A DNA stretch of 64,000 bases, taken from the NCBI GenBank assembly GCA_963765865.1, contig CAVXYE010000018.1, forward strand, positions 458,476-522,475, written 5' to 3'. The translations under genes were made by a program, and so were the position numbers. The notes under the pieces are model-generated. The model had not been told where the DNA came from. It made no database searches and worked only from the letters and a program-made list of their open reading frames with translations. Origin of the DNA: an uncultured Actinomycetes bacterium (GTDB lineage Bacteria > Actinomycetota > UBA4738 > HRBIN12). Numbering within the stretch: the first letter of the stretch is position 1; every line of letters begins with the position of its first letter. This document shows, one piece after another, positions 30,335 through 42,487 of the stretch.

Positions 30335-31920
30335 ATGTTCGGCTTCGAAGGGGACAACGCTCGCGAGAAGGTCATCGTCCTGCTGACGATGTGCTTCGCG
30401 CTCGCGATGGCGATGCTCGACAACACCGTCGTCAACGTGGCGCTGCCCAGCATCAAGAACGACCTCGGCGCCGGGTTCAGCCAGCTCCAATGGATCGTCG
30501 ACGGCTACGTTCTGGCGTTCGCGTCGCTCCTGCTCACGGGCGGGATCCTCGGGGACCGATACGGGCGCAAGAAGATGTTCCTGACCGGGGTCGCGGTGTT
30601 CACCCTCTTCTCGTTCCTCTGCGGCGTGTCGCAGACCCCCGGACAGCTGATCGCCTTCCGCGCCCTTCAAGGCGTGGGCGGCGCGCTCCTGCTCCCGGGG
30701 ACGCTGTCGATCCTCACGGTGACGTTCCCCGTGCACGAGCGGGCGAAGGCTCTCGGGATCTGGGCGGGCGTGTCGGGGATCGCGCTCGCTCTCGGACCGA
30801 CGCTCGGCGGCTACATGGTCGAGCACATCGGTTGGGAGTCGGTGTTCTTCCTGAACGTGCCGATCGGGATCGTCGCCTTCATCGTCGCCACTCGGACCGT
30901 CAAGGAGTCGGTCTCCGAAGCCGAGCGACAGCTCGACGTCACGGGGCTCGTCCTGGGGACCGCCGCCCTCTTCTTCGTGACCTACGCCTTGATCGAGGCC
31001 AATCAGCTCGGCTGGACCAGCACCAGGATCGTGGGATCGTTCGTCCTCTTCGCCGCCTTCTTGATCGCGTTCCTCTGGTGGGAGCTGCGGAACCCGCACG
31101 CGATGATGCCGCTGCGCTACTACCGGATCCCCTCCTTCTCTGCCGGGAACGCGGTTGCCTTCAGCGTCGGGATGGGGATGTTCGCCACGTTCTTCTTCCT
31201 GACGATCTACATGCAGAGCATCCACGGCTACTCGCCGTTCAAGTCCGGGGCGGGATTCCTCCCCATGACGCTCGCGATCATCGCGACCGCGCCGAACGCG
31301 GGCCGGTACGCGTCGACCCACGGGTCACGAGCCCCGATGACGTTCGGCCTGCTGCTCGCCGGTGTCGGGCTCATCCTGCTCGGGGTGCTGCTCACGCCTA
31401 CCACGTCCTACTGGATGGTCCTGTTCCCGATCTACCTGGCGATGGGGATCGGGCTCGGGGCGACGATCGCGCCGATGACGGCTGCGGTGATGAACTCGGT
31501 CGGTCCGCAGCGCGCGGGCCTCGGCTCCGCCATGACCAACACGAGCCGTGAGGTCGGGGGCGTGCTCGGGATCGCGCTGCTCGGCGCGATCCTCACCACC
31601 GAGCTCAAGAGCGCGTTCGCGCCCGCCGTCGCCGGACTCGGCCTCAACCCGCAGCAGCTCGCAGCTGTGAGCGAGGGTGCACAGCACGGGAGCCTCGTGA
31701 CTTCGGGGATCGGGCTGACGCCGACACAGGCGACCGGTCTGCAACAGGCATTCAACGAGGCCTTCATGAAGGGGTTCCAGCCTGCCCTCGTCTTCGCCGG
31801 CGTCATCGTCCTGATCGCGTGTGTGGTCGCGAACCGGCTGATCCCGGGCCGCGAGACGGTCGCCCAGGCGCACGCCGCGGCTGCAGGCGGACCACACGGA
31901 GCCCGTTCCGGTCGAGATGT
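30335..31920 (+). CDS. MFS transporter, DHA2 (EmrB/QacA) family, 14 TM
   Basis: AAAGGGGG RBS. LDNTVVNVALPSI, GxLGDRYGRKK motifs. 3' end uncertain because the frame runs on without a stop; a likely indel near the end. Confidence 0.7.
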
Positions 31921-31941
31921 GACCCGAGTGACGGTCTCGGC

Positions 31942-32418
31942 TCAGCTGCCGGGCTTGAAGACCATGTCCGCGACGACCAGGACCAGCACGACCACGTCGA
32001 TGCGCGAGATCGGCGAAGATCCGTTTGATCCGCCGCTGGATCTCGGGGTCGGAAGGATCGCGCTCGGCTGCGAGCTTCCCGAGTCGCTCGGACTCCGGTC
32101 CCAGGAATCCGGCGCCGGTGGCGATCGTGGCCGCGATACCGGCGAGCCCGAGCAGCACCCAGGTATCGGTGAAGTTCCAGGCGCTGACCGCGACGATCCA
32201 CACCCCGAGGACCAACACGGCGATCGCCGAAGGCGTGATCAGCCGCTTGCCGAGATCCCCGATGTCCTTGGCGGTGGCGGCCAGACGCGCCGGGTCACCC
32301 TCCCCCATCACCTTCGTCGCGAGGGCCTGCGCGTAGATCGCGCTCCCCACCCACGTGATCGCCGCGAGGACGTGGAAGAACTTCAGCGTGTCGTAGTACC
32401 CGGTCGAGATGGCCAGCA
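31942..32418 (-). pseudogene. DUF2269-like small membrane protein; apparent frameshift near 32000
   Basis: GGGGGAG RBS. Three TM helices then the C-terminal helix (ISRIDVVVLVLVVADMVFKPGS*) in another frame. Confidence 0.5.
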
Positions 32419-32478
32419 TCGCTCCCCCTTCGGGCGGTTCGCGGTATCTCAGCGCAGATCCCCTCCGGGGGCAAGCGT

Positions 32479-33709
32479 CTACGGCGTGGGGTGGCGGGCG
32501 TCGTACCGCCAGAACCCGGGTGCGAACCAACGAAGCACGCCGATCCCGACGATCGTGATGAGCCCACCCGACACGATCGAGATCGCGGGGGTCGTGAGGG
32601 TCGCGACCACGCCGGACTCGACGTCGCCGAGCGACGGCCCGGTGGCCCACACCGCCATGCCGATCCCCTCCAAACGTCCGCGGTATCGATCCTCGACCGC
32701 GGCCTGGATGATCGAGATCCGGAAGATGCCGCTCACCATGTCGCCGGCGCCGGCGATCCCCAGCATGAGGAGCGAGAGCCAGAGCACGTGCGAGAGACCG
32801 AACACGACGATCGCGGCGCCCCACACGACGATCGACAACATGATCGCCCTTCCCTGTCGACGTACATCCTTCGCTCGGCCGGAGAGCAAGGTGGCGATGA
32901 ACGCTCCCGCGGCCGGCGCGGCGTAGAGGAACCCGAGGTAGTGCGCCTGCGCCTCCTCGACGCCACCCGCGAGATGCAGCGCCACCGCCGGCAAGAGCGC
33001 CATCGGGAACCCGAAGATCATCGCGTTCAGGTCCGCGAGGAACACCGACTGGACGTTCCGCTTGCCCTTCAAGAAGCGGAACCCATCCTTGACCGCCGCC
33101 CAACTGACCTCGTTCTCCTCGTCGGCGGGCGGCGACGGGCGCATCAACCGGAACGCCCCGATCGCAACGAGGAACGTGGCGACGTCGAACAGGTAGACCC
33201 CGGCCGGCTGCGATCGCGACCAGCAGGAAACCGGCCGCGACCGGTCCGAGCATCCCCGCGAAGGTTCCGAACCCGGCGTCGAGCGCGTTCGACGACGGCA
33301 GCAGTTCCTTGTCGAGGAGCCGGGCAGGCCAGGTGTCCAAGGCGGGGCGGTTGAACGTGTACAGGCCGGCCGCGACGAACGTGAAGACGTACATCGGCCA
33401 CAGCAGCGGGTGCGGGAGGAGCGCGTTGATCGCCATCAACCCCGACAGCGCGGCGAGCAGCACGTGGGTCACCGTGACCAACCGTCGTCGCTCGACCGCG
33501 TCGGCAACCGTTCCGCCGATGATCGGGAACACGAAGACCGGGATCAGCGCCGCCAGTCCGAGCAACCCGACCGCGAGCGTCGATCCGGTGATCTTGAAGA
33601 CCTGGTACGGGATCGCGACCGCGACGATCTCGTCACCGAAGTTGGACACGCTGTGCCCGAAGAAGAGCAGGCGGAAGTCGCGCGAGACCTTGAGCGGCGT
33701 GACATCCAT
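32479..33709 (-). pseudogene. MFS transporter; apparent frameshift near 33170
   Basis: N-terminal TMs ([17 protein letters not shown]...) in the 31325..33805 frame. C-terminal half in the 32479..33147 frame. Confidence 0.7.
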
Positions 33710-33819
33710 CAGGTGCCCGCGCGCGCGTTGCAGGACGCCGAGACGCGGCGGCGGATCGGGTCGAGGAGTCATGGGGAGCTGGTCCACGGTCGAGGACCGT
33801 AGCACCGAGCCTCAGGCGT

Positions 33820-34656
33820 TCAGCGCAGCAGACGCGAGAGTCGCCGATCCGCCAGGATCTTGCCGCCGGTCTGGCAGGTCGGGCAGTACGTGACCTCGTA
33901 GTCCTCGTACGAGACGCGCCGGAGGTCGGCGCCGCAGCGGGGGCAGGGCTCCCCCGAGCGTCCGTGCACGGTGAAGTGATCGCCGAGCTTGGTGGGGAGG
34001 CCCCCGCTCCGGCGCCGTTCGGCCTCGAGCGCGTCGCCGAGGATCCGATGGATCGACGCGACGAGCGTCGCCCGCTGATCGGCATCGAGCTTCCCGAGCT
34101 GCGACGTGGGCGAGAGCTTCGCGTCGTGCAGGACGTCGTCGGTGTAGCCGCGACCCATGCCCGCGATCGTCCGCTGGTCGCGCAGGATCGTGTGCACCCG
34201 CCGCGTGTCGGTCGAGCTCATCACGAGCTCATCGGCCTCCGGGCTCAACGCCTCGGGTCCGAGCTTCGCGAGCGGACCGTCGTCGCCGGCGGCGAGGATC
34301 CACCAGCCCGACTTCCGTTGGGTCCCGAACTCCTTCACCAGCAGGGAGGGCCGTTCTTCGAACCGAAGCCGGACCACGCTCCCGCGAGGCTTCGTGCTCT
34401 TCGGCGGCGCCTCGACATCGATGCGACCTCCCTGCGAGAGATGCACCAGCAGCCGGCGCTCGTCGTCGAAGGCGAAGACCAGGTACTTCCCCCGGCTGCC
34501 GACCGACCCGACCGTCGCTCCCCGGAGCTCCTCCGGGCGAGGCGCGTACGTCTTCAGCGATGAGAACTGCAGGATGTCGGCGCGGTCGAACCGCGCGCCC
34601 TGCACGATCTCATGGATGCGCTCGGAGAGTGCGTGGACCTCGGGGAACTCGGGCAT
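33820..34656 (-). CDS. Fpg/Nei family DNA glycosylase (formamidopyrimidine-DNA glycosylase/endonuclease VIII)
   Basis: N-terminal MPEFPEV catalytic Pro2/Glu3. C-terminal zinc finger CPRCG...CPTCQ. Confidence 0.85.
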   Translation of the reverse strand: MPEFPEVHALSERIHEIVQGARFDRADILQFSSLKTYAPRPEELRGATVGSVGSRGKYLVFAFDDERRLLVHLSQGGRIDVEAPPKSTKPRGSVVRLRFEERPSLLVKEFGTQRKSGWWILAAGDDGPLAKLGPEALSPEADELVMSSTDTRRVHTILRDQRTIAGMGRGYTDDVLHDAKLSPTSQLGKLDADQRATLVASIHRILGDALEAERRRSGGLPTKLGDHFTVHGRSGEPCPRCGADLRRVSYEDYEVTYCPTCQTGGKILADRRLSRLLR

Positions 34657-34665
34657 CGGCCCCGT

Positions 34666-36078
34666 TCACCCCGTCAGTCCGGCGGCCGCCGCTCGCACGA
34701 TCGCGGCACACTCGTCCACACGATCGGCGTGCGTGCGGTGCGAAACGATGCAGGCACGGACCCAGTACTCGTCACGGATCATCGTGCTCGACAGGAACAC
34801 GCGCTTGGACGCGTTGATCCGCGCCAGCAGCTCACGGTTCGCGCCGTCGTCGGCCGCTCGGAGGCGGAACGGGACGACGGTGAGCTGCGGATCCCACCCG
34901 ATCTCCAGGTTGGGATCGGCGACGAGGGCCCGATGGAGCCGATCGGTCAGGTCGAGCTTCTCGTCGAGCGCCTCGCGGAACGCGGCCGACGCCATGCAAG
35001 GCCAGCGGGAACCACACGCGGAACCCTCGGTTGTCCCGCGAGAGCTCGGGCGAGTACTCGTTGTAGTTCGGCAGCGTCGCCCGTCGGCGGCAGGTCCTGG
35101 AGGTAGGCGGCGCCCTCGTAGTGCGCGTCGCGGAGCGCGGCCCCGTCCCGCACGACCAGACCGCCCGTCCCGTAGGGCAGGAAGAGTCCCTTGTGCGGAT
35201 CCAGCGTGACGCTGTCGGCCCGTTCGATCCCTCGGAACCGCTCCCGGCCCCGATCGGTGAGCTGGAAGAAGCCGCCGTAGGCGCCGTCGACGTGCATCCA
35301 CAACGCTTCGGCCTCCGCGACGTCGGCGACGTCGCCGAGGGGGTCGACCGCACCGGTGTTCGTCGTGCCGACGGCCGGGATCACGAGGAACGGACGGCGG
35401 CCCGCCGCGCGGTCTTCGCGGACCATCGAGCGGAGGGCGTCGGGATCCATCCGAAGTTCCCGCGTCGGTCGGGACCAGGCGGAGGTTGCGCCGGGAGAAC
35501 CCGGCGATCGTCGCCGCCTTCGTGTTGCTCGCATGCGTCTGATCGGTGCAGTAGTACGTACCGTCCAGGAAGTCCTCGCCCAGCTTCGCGTGTCGCGCGG
35601 TCACGAACGCGGAGAGGTTGGCGAGCGAACCGCCCGTCGTGAGGAGGCCCTGCGACGTCTCGGCCGGGAAGTCGAAGAGCGAGCACATCCACCGGGTCAC
35701 GTTCTCTTCGATCTGGACGATCGCCGGGCTCGGCTGCCACAAGCCGTCGAACCGATTGAGCGCTTGCGCCAGGAACTCCGCGAGCGCGGCCGTGAACAGA
35801 CCGCCGCCGGGGATGTAGGCGAGGTACCCGGGCCCGCTGAACTCGTACGTGTTGCGAGCGGCCTCGATCGCGTCCTCGAGGAGCCCGTCGAAGTCCCCGT
35901 CGGCGTGCTCGGGTGGTGCCGCCTCGAGCTTGGCCGCGACCTGCAGCGCGTCAGCGGTGTTCTCGGCGGGAGCGTCCTCCAGCCCGCCGATCCACCCCAC
36001 CACGGCGTCCAGGACGGTCCGGCCCATCGCCCGCATCTCCTCGGGCGCCGGGTCGAACGCGAAACCGCTCGGACTCAC
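34666..36078 (-). pseudogene. PLP-dependent group II amino-acid decarboxylase; three apparent frameshifts (about 35480, about 35060 and about 34995)
   Basis: GTG start with GGGAG RBS. N-terminal, middle (DPHKGLFLPYGTGGLVVRD) and C-terminal (EYSPELSRDNRGFRVWFPLALHGV / AFREALDEKLDL...) pieces lie in three frames. Confidence 0.75.
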
Positions 36079-36281
36079 GCGAGCTCCCGCGCGACCGCAT
36101 CGAGCAGGGCCTGTGATGCTTCTGCGACCTCGTCGACCGCCCGGTCGAACGCGTCGCGGTGCCGTGCCGACGGCTGCCGGAAGCCACTTACCTTGCGGAC
36201 GAACTGGAGCGCGGCCTCCCGGACCTCGTCGGGCGGCGCGACCTCGGAACCTTCGCGGAGACGCTTGATGCTTCTGCACAT
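36075..36281 (-). CDS. DUF2277-like small protein
   Basis: 68 aa MCRSIKRLREGSEVAPPDEVREAALQFVRKVSG. GTGA overlap with the decarboxylase. Confidence 0.55.
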   Translation of the reverse strand: MCRSIKRLREGSEVAPPDEVREAALQFVRKVSGFRQPSARHRDAFDRAVDEVAEASQALLDAVARELA

Positions 36282-36307
36282 GCAGTCACGCTACCGCGAC
36301 GGCCGGC

Positions 36308-38490
36308 TCAACGACGGGTGAGCTCGCGCACCCGGGCCGCTGCCGTGTGGGCGCGACCGACGGCGGCCTGGTCCGGCCGTCGTCCGGGTTCGCCGAACCG
36401 CGCCAGCTCGAACGTCCGTACGACGATCCCCGCCTCGCCCAGGACCTCGGGCGGGAGGTCGGGGTCGGCCGGGAGCGACGCCAGGAGCTCGCTCGGGGTT
36501 TGGCTCGGCCGGCGCGGGTGACCCGCGGCCGCGAGCGCATCGACGAGCGCTTCGAACGCCCGACCGGCGGCGTCGGGGGGGCGCGGCGCTCGCGATCGGC
36601 GGCGGCGGCGCCGTCCATAGCCGATCGCGAGCGCCGCGCCCCCGAACGCGAGCACGGCGATCGGCCACCATCGTCCGACGACCGGCGCCGCGGCGAGGAA
36701 CGCGTGCACGCCCCGGCCGACCGCGTCCTTGAGCGGCGCCGGCACGTGCTCGCGGATCAACCGCTGGATCGAGGCGATGACCTCGGCGCCGATCAGGCTT
36801 CCGGCGACCGGTTCGGCGGGAGGGACACCGAACGTCGGGTCGTAGGGCAGCCAGCCGACGCGCGGGTAGTAGACCTCCACCCACGCGTGCGCGTCGGCCT
36901 GGCGCACCTCGAAGTACCCGGTCAGCGGGTTGCGATCGCCGGGCCCGTACCCGGTCACGATCCTCGTCGGGATGCCGTCCGCGCGGAGCAACACGGCCAT
37001 CGCGCTCGCGATGTGCTCGCAGAAGCCCCGTCGGGTCTCGAACAGGAAATGATCGACCGCGTCGACGCCCGCGGGCTCGCGCGGGACCGAGAGGTCGTAG
37101 CGCGTGTGCTCTTGGATCCATGCCTGGACGCGGACGACCGCCTCCTCCTCGCTGTCGGCGTCGCCGACGATCCGCGCGGCGAGGTCGCGGTCGCGCTGCG
37201 GCAGCTCCGCCGGGAGCTGCAGGTACCGGGCGAGCGATGGCGCGTTCGTGTTCGGCCGGGGCAGCAGCCGCAGGAGCGGTGTCGGCACGACGGGCACCTG
37301 CGACACGACCGAGTACACCATCCCCTCGTCCAGCAGGAAGGACGAGCGGATCGAGCCGTACCGGTCCATCTGCAGACCGCTGCCCGGGAAGTAGACCTTC
37401 TCCGCGCGCGCGGCAGCGAACAGGACGTTCGGTTGCGCTTGCGACACGTAGAACGTCTGCACGACTTCGTTGGAGAACGGCGGCGGGAGCGGGGCCTCGA
37501 TCGGCGGGTACCCGGGTTCGAAGGACTGCGTGTCGGCGTCGAGGCTGAGTGCGGACGAGCCGGTATCGGAGGCGGTCCAGAGCGAGCCATCGTAGGTGTC
37601 GAAAGCCTCCGCACGCCAGAGCTCGGGCTGGTCCGCCCGGACGCGGAACACGATCTGGTCCGACAACGCGCCTCGCGCCCGGAGGTCCATCGTGGAGCTG
37701 AACCCCGGATACCCGAGCGGGGCGAAGTCCACGACGCCGTCTCCGCCGGCGCTCGGGAGTCCCGGGTTCGTCACGGCGTCGGTCGAGGACGAGGTCGGCG
37801 TTCGGTGACCCAGCGTGAACGGAGGCGTCCGCACGAGGGACGCGGGGAGCCTCGGCATCGCGAGGAAGACCGCGCTCCCCAGGCACAGGGCGGCGATCGC
37901 CCGCGACGGCCGCGGAACGGACGCCCGCGAAGCGCGGCCGCGGGGCCTCGACCGTCGTCCGGATCGCGAGCGGGGCCGCGTACCGGTCTGGCCGGGGCGC
38001 GGCCGACAGCCAGAGCCAGGCGGCGGCCAGCGCCGCCCAGAGACCCAAGATCCACACGAACGAGGTGGTGAGCGCCAAGGCCCCGGCGGCCGCGATGAGG
38101 GTCGTGGACGACGTCATCGAGAACGCCAGGTCGCGCCGGCGCGGAACGTCGAACGCGTGGAGGACCTGGACCCACAGGAACAGGCCGGCGAGCGGGACGC
38201 GCGCGGCATCCACCGTCGTGATCGGCGCTCACCGACTGGAGGAACCCCATCGTTGCGACGAGGAGCCCCGCCGCCAGCAACACCTTCAGCACGATGCTGG
38301 GTCGAGCTCGACGGACGTACGAGAAGGCATATCCGGCCGGCGCGAGGACGAGCGCGGTCACGGCGACGACGCCCGTCACCGCACCCTGCAACGCCAACGC
38401 GATGATGCCGACCTCCACCGCGAGCGCGACGACCACGCGCATCGCGATCGAGTCTTCGGGCGCGGCCGGTGACCGTCTCGTCGGCCTCAC
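36308..38490 (-). pseudogene. transglutaminase-domain protein with DUF3488-type N-terminal membrane region (TgpA-like); two or more apparent frameshifts
   Basis: N-terminal TM helices in the 37771..38490 and 36291..38213 frames. Transglutaminase core (FCEHIASAMAVLLRADGIPTR, DAHAWVEVY) in the 36308..37858 frame. Confidence 0.75.
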
Positions 38491-39674
38491 GCCCGGACCT
38501 CCTCACGGACATCGCCTGCGCGAGATCGCCCGCCGGGGCCCCATCGGCGAACGTCGGCGCCGGCCGCGCTCAGCGCTTCGGCCACGCGGCCGGCCTCGCC
38601 CGCGCCCGGCTCGGCGAGCACGCACACCACCCGGGGGACGAGGCGCACCAGCCGGCGGACGTCGCCCTCCAGCCGAGGACGCTCCCCGCGACCCCAGATG
38701 GGGAAGGCGATGACGAGCGTCTGGATCCCACGCAGGTCCTCCGGCCCGAGACCCGCCAACACCTCCTCGAGCGGAACACCGCTCGGCTCCAGCTTGGCGA
38801 GCCAACGGAACATCTCCGACCGATCGGCTCGCGGGAGAACGTCGATGCCCAGGCCGGGGCGCGCGGCGATCAGCCGCGCGCCCTGGCCGTGCGCCGTCGC
38901 CGCGTCCAGCACGGACGCGGCGACGGAGCAACAACGATCGAGCGGCGTCCACGCGTCGCCCTCGTCGCGCTCCGTGTCGACCACGACCACGAGACGCCGG
39001 GTCCGCTCCTCCTCGAACTCCCGCACCATCAGCCGGCCGTGGCGCGCCGTCAGCGCCCAGTGGACATGGCGCATGGGGTCGCCCGGCCTGTACTCCCGGA
39101 CGCTGAGGTAGTCGGGTCCCTGCCCGCGACGCGGCGCCTCGTGCACGGCTCGGGCGTTCGTCGCGATCGGCTCGACGAACGACAGGGTTCCGAGCGGGAA
39201 GACGCGCGGCAGCACGAGGGTCCGGGCCTCGAGCTTCGCTCGGACGCGCCGTTCGGCCACGCCGAACGGCGCGTCCGAGCGAAGCTCCGCGCCGACCGTG
39301 AGGATCTCGCCGCGCCGGCGAGGTGTCCGCAACGTGGTCGCCTCGACCCGTTCGCGTCGCCGGATCGGCGGCAGGAGCGTTCGGACGGGCTCGAGATGCG
39401 TGTCACGAACGGTGACGTTGCGTCGGACGCCGCGCGCGGTTCCCCGCACCCGCAACTCCACGATCGTCGGCACGCCTTGCTCCGCCTCCTCGGGTGCGGC
39501 GAGCTCGATCGAGAGCCCGCGGAGGGCGGCGAACGGAAGCACGAGACCCGCGGCGAGCGCGCCGAGGAGCAACGCCGCGATCACGTAGAGCCATCCGGCC
39601 TGGACGTTCGTCCCGATCAGGAACAGCACCGCGGCGCCGAGCAGCAGACCGGCGGCGCGTTTGCGCAGGCGCAT
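38487..39674 (-). CDS. DUF58 domain protein (vWA-like, MoxR partner)
   Basis: Start MRLRKRAAG 5 nt after the moxR stop. YLSVREYRPGDPMRHVHW motif. Confidence 0.8.
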   Translation of the reverse strand: MRLRKRAAGLLLGAAVLFLIGTNVQAGWLYVIAALLLGALAAGLVLPFAALRGLSIELAAPEEAEQGVPTIVELRVRGTARGVRRNVTVRDTHLEPVRTLLPPIRRRERVEATTLRTPRRRGEILTVGAELRSDAPFGVAERRVRAKLEARTLVLPRVFPLGTLSFVEPIATNARAVHEAPRRGQGPDYLSVREYRPGDPMRHVHWALTARHGRLMVREFEEERTRRLVVVVDTERDEGDAWTPLDRCCSVAASVLDAATAHGQGARLIAARPGLGIDVLPRADRSEMFRWLAKLEPSGVPLEEVLAGLGPEDLRGIQTLVIAFPIWGRGERPRLEGDVRRLVRLVPRVVCVLAEPGAGEAGRVAEALSAAGADVRRWGPGGRSRAGDVREEVRA

Positions 39675-39679
39675 GAGGC

Positions 39680-40651
39680 TCAGGCGCCTCGCGTCGCGTG
39701 CAGCGGGATCGGTACCTCCTCGAGCAATCGCGCGATGACGCCCCGGCAGGTCGGGCCGCTCGCCCGGGCGTCCTTCGCCAACACGCGGTGCGCGAGCGCC
39801 GGGATCGCCAGGGCCTTCACGTCGTCCGGCAGCACGTAGTCGCGCGCCATCGCGACGGCGCGCGCCTGCGCCGTGCGCACGAGCCACACGGAAGCGCGCG
39901 GCGACGCGCCGAGGGCAAGCTCGGGAGCGGCCCTCGTCGCCGTCACGAGCTCGACCGCGTACCGGAGGACGGCCTCATCGACGTGGACGGTCCGGACCAC
40001 GTCCTGCGCGGTCCGCACCTCCTGGGGCGTGAGCACCTGCTCGAGATCGTTCAGGGGGTGTCGCTCCAACTGGCGACGGACCAGTTCGGTCGCGCCGCCC
40101 TCATCCGGATAGCCGACGCCGACCGCGAGCGCGAAACGGTCCAGCTGCCCCTCGGGCAGGGGGTACGTCCCATGCTGCTCGACGGGGTTCTGGGTCGCGA
40201 TCACGAGGTACGGCTCCGGCAGTGCATGCGTGACCCCCTCCACCGTCACCTGGCGCTCTTCCATCGGTTCGAGCAGCGCCGATTGCGTGCGGGGCGTCGA
40301 CCGGTTGATCTCGTCCACCAGCACCACGTTCGCGAACACGGGGCCCGGCACGAAGCGGAACGATCCGGTGACCTGGTCGAAGACGCTGACACCCGTGAGG
40401 TCCGAGGGGAGCAGATCGGGGGTCGCCTGGATGCGGGTGAAGGCGCCGCCGATCGAGGCGGCCAGCGCGCGAGCGAGCGTCGTCTTCCCCACGCCCGGGA
40501 CGCCTTCCAGCAGCAGGTTGCCATCCGCGAACATGCAGATCGCGGCCGTCCGGACGGCATCGTCGTTCCCGGCGATGACCTTGGCGACGTTCTCCGTGAG
40601 CCGTTGGAGGGCCGCCGAGGCCTCGCCGAAGGCGGGGCTCGGCTCGATCAC
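39680..40651 (-). CDS. MoxR family AAA+ ATPase
   Basis: Walker A GVPGVGKT. Walker B VVLVDEINR. Typical about 320 aa MoxR. Confidence 0.9.
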   Translation of the reverse strand: MIEPSPAFGEASAALQRLTENVAKVIAGNDDAVRTAAICMFADGNLLLEGVPGVGKTTLARALAASIGGAFTRIQATPDLLPSDLTGVSVFDQVTGSFRFVPGPVFANVVLVDEINRSTPRTQSALLEPMEERQVTVEGVTHALPEPYLVIATQNPVEQHGTYPLPEGQLDRFALAVGVGYPDEGGATELVRRQLERHPLNDLEQVLTPQEVRTAQDVVRTVHVDEAVLRYAVELVTATRAAPELALGASPRASVWLVRTAQARAVAMARDYVLPDDVKALAIPALAHRVLAKDARASGPTCRGVIARLLEEVPIPLHATRGA

Positions 40652-40698
40652 CGTTCAGGCTTCGACGCCCCGACGGAGGCGCTTGAGCGAGCGGCCTG

Positions 40699-41730
40699 TC
40701 AGGCCCGCTTCGCCGCCAGGGCGGCGATCGCTTCCATCACGACCCGGTGCGCGAGGATCGCCGTGATCTCGGATGTGTCGTAGGGCGGGGACACCTCGAC
40801 CACGTCCATCCCCGCCAGCTCGACCGCGCCCACGATCTGCCGGACCGCGCGGAGCAGCTCGCGCGCGAGGAGCCCGCCGGACTCCGGGGTCCCGGTGCCC
40901 GGCGCCATCCCCGGATCGACGACGTCGATGTCCACCGAGAGGTAGATCCGGTCGGGCCCGTCGAGGGCCTCCGCGATCGCGTCGGCGACGACGGCCTCGG
41001 CACCGCGGTCCTCGATCTCGACCATCGGGTGCCAGCGGAACCCTTGCTCCCGCATCCAGGCGAACGTCTCGCGGTCCGGCCAGTAGCCGCGGAGCCCGAC
41101 CTGTACGAAGTTCCGGCCGGCGACCCAACCCTCCTCGATCAGCCGTCGCATCGGCTGGCCGTGGGCGTAGAGGTTCCCCCACTGGTCGGCGCCCGTGTCG
41201 GCGTGCGCATCGAAATGGATGACCCCGACGGAGCCGGGCCACGCGTGACGCGACACCGCGGCCGCGCTCGGATACGTGATCGAATGGTCCCCGCCGAGCA
41301 CGATCGGGATCGCTCCGTGCGACGCGACCTGCCGGACCTTCTGATGGATCACGCGGAGCGCGCGTTCGGGGCGGGTGGGGACGATGGGTGCGTCGCCGGC
41401 GTCGACGACGGTGAGGTGCGCGTACGGCTCGGTGTCGAGCTGGATCGACCATGCGGAATCGCTCGCCCAGGTGGTCGGGGCCATCCGGATCGCGCGTGGA
41501 CCGAACCGCGCGCCGGGTCGCGACGAGACTCCCTCATCGAACGGAGCCCCGACGATCGCGACGTCGGCCTGCGCCGCCGCGAGGGACCCGTCGTCGGTCG
41601 CCCACGCGAGCTTCTCGAACGAGCCGTGCCAGTCCGAGTAGTACGGGAGATCGACGTTCGAGAATTCGGCGAACTCGTCGTCCCCGCGGAGCTCGCTGTG
41701 CTCCAGCCGGAAGTCGGGCGGGTCGCTCAT
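40699..41730 (-). CDS. agmatinase/arginase-family ureohydrolase
   Basis: Mn-binding GGDHSITY, DAHADT, SVDIDVVDP motifs. Confidence 0.8.
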   Translation of the reverse strand: MSDPPDFRLEHSELRGDDEFAEFSNVDLPYYSDWHGSFEKLAWATDDGSLAAAQADVAIVGAPFDEGVSSRPGARFGPRAIRMAPTTWASDSAWSIQLDTEPYAHLTVVDAGDAPIVPTRPERALRVIHQKVRQVASHGAIPIVLGGDHSITYPSAAAVSRHAWPGSVGVIHFDAHADTGADQWGNLYAHGQPMRRLIEEGWVAGRNFVQVGLRGYWPDRETFAWMREQGFRWHPMVEIEDRGAEAVVADAIAEALDGPDRIYLSVDIDVVDPGMAPGTGTPESGGLLARELLRAVRQIVGAVELAGMDVVEVSPPYDTSEITAILAHRVVMEAIAALAAKRA

Positions 41731-42461
41731 GGCGGGTCAGCTTCCCACATGCCCGGCCGGGGGAGGCCGCGGATCTCCTCTCCGGACCCGAACACGTCGC
41801 GGTGCGCGCGCGTGATCACCGACACGGAGCCTGCGCCTTCGACCCGCCAGCGCCCGTCGACGAACATCGCGGCGGTTCGCTCGTCGAGTCCGAGCAGGAT
41901 CACGTCGTCGCGGGGCGCTGCCTCGAGCGACGCATCGACCCAGCGCGTGCCGAACGTGTCGAAGTGGGGCACCACGGCGATCCCCGGGATGAGCCCGAGC
42001 GCCTGTCGGTACCGGCGGCGGTCGTCGCCCGGCATCCGATCGCGGATCAACGTCCACTCCCCGAACGCCATCGCCCCGGCCGATGATCCCGCGAGCGCGG
42101 CACCCTCGCGCCACGCATCGACGATCGCCTCCCACGCGGGGGTTCCGGCGAGCACCTTGGGGACGAGCCCCGGGTCGCCGCCCACGAGGTAGAAGAACCG
42201 GCCGGCTCGGGCGCGAGCCGCGAGCTCCGGGGAGCGAGCCCGCGATCGGGTGGTGAGCGGCAGTTCCTCGAGCTCGAGCCCGAGCTCGCGGAACCATCGC
42301 CGGGCGTTCTCGGCCGCCCGTTCGGGATGCTGACGCGCCGCCGCGGTCGTCACGACGAACGCGGGGCCGCCTCGAGCGGCATCGACGAGGAGACGGTCCT
42401 GCGGTTCGTTGCCCGGGTGCAGCTCGTCGCCACCGACGAGCGCGAGCGGTCCGAAGCTCAT
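41727..42461 (-). CDS. peptidase S51/cyanophycinase-like (class I glutamine amidotransferase-like) protein
   Basis: 244 aa. GSSAGA nucleophile elbow. ATGA overlap with agmatinase. Confidence 0.55.
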   Translation of the reverse strand: MSFGPLALVGGDELHPGNEPQDRLLVDAARGGPAFVVTTAAARQHPERAAENARRWFRELGLELEELPLTTRSRARSPELAARARAGRFFYLVGGDPGLVPKVLAGTPAWEAIVDAWREGAALAGSSAGAMAFGEWTLIRDRMPGDDRRRYRQALGLIPGIAVVPHFDTFGTRWVDASLEAAPRDDVILLGLDERTAAMFVDGRWRVEGAGSVSVITRAHRDVFGSGEEIRGLPRPGMWEADPP

Positions 42462-42487
42462 CCTTTGCGCTCCGCCGGCAACAGCGA

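Noticed and set aside
30293-32926. 877-aa single ORF spanning the MFS transporter and beyond.
   Set aside because: Only the first about 530 codons are MFS-like. The remainder is read-through across the convergent DUF2269 gene and into the antisense of the second MFS gene.
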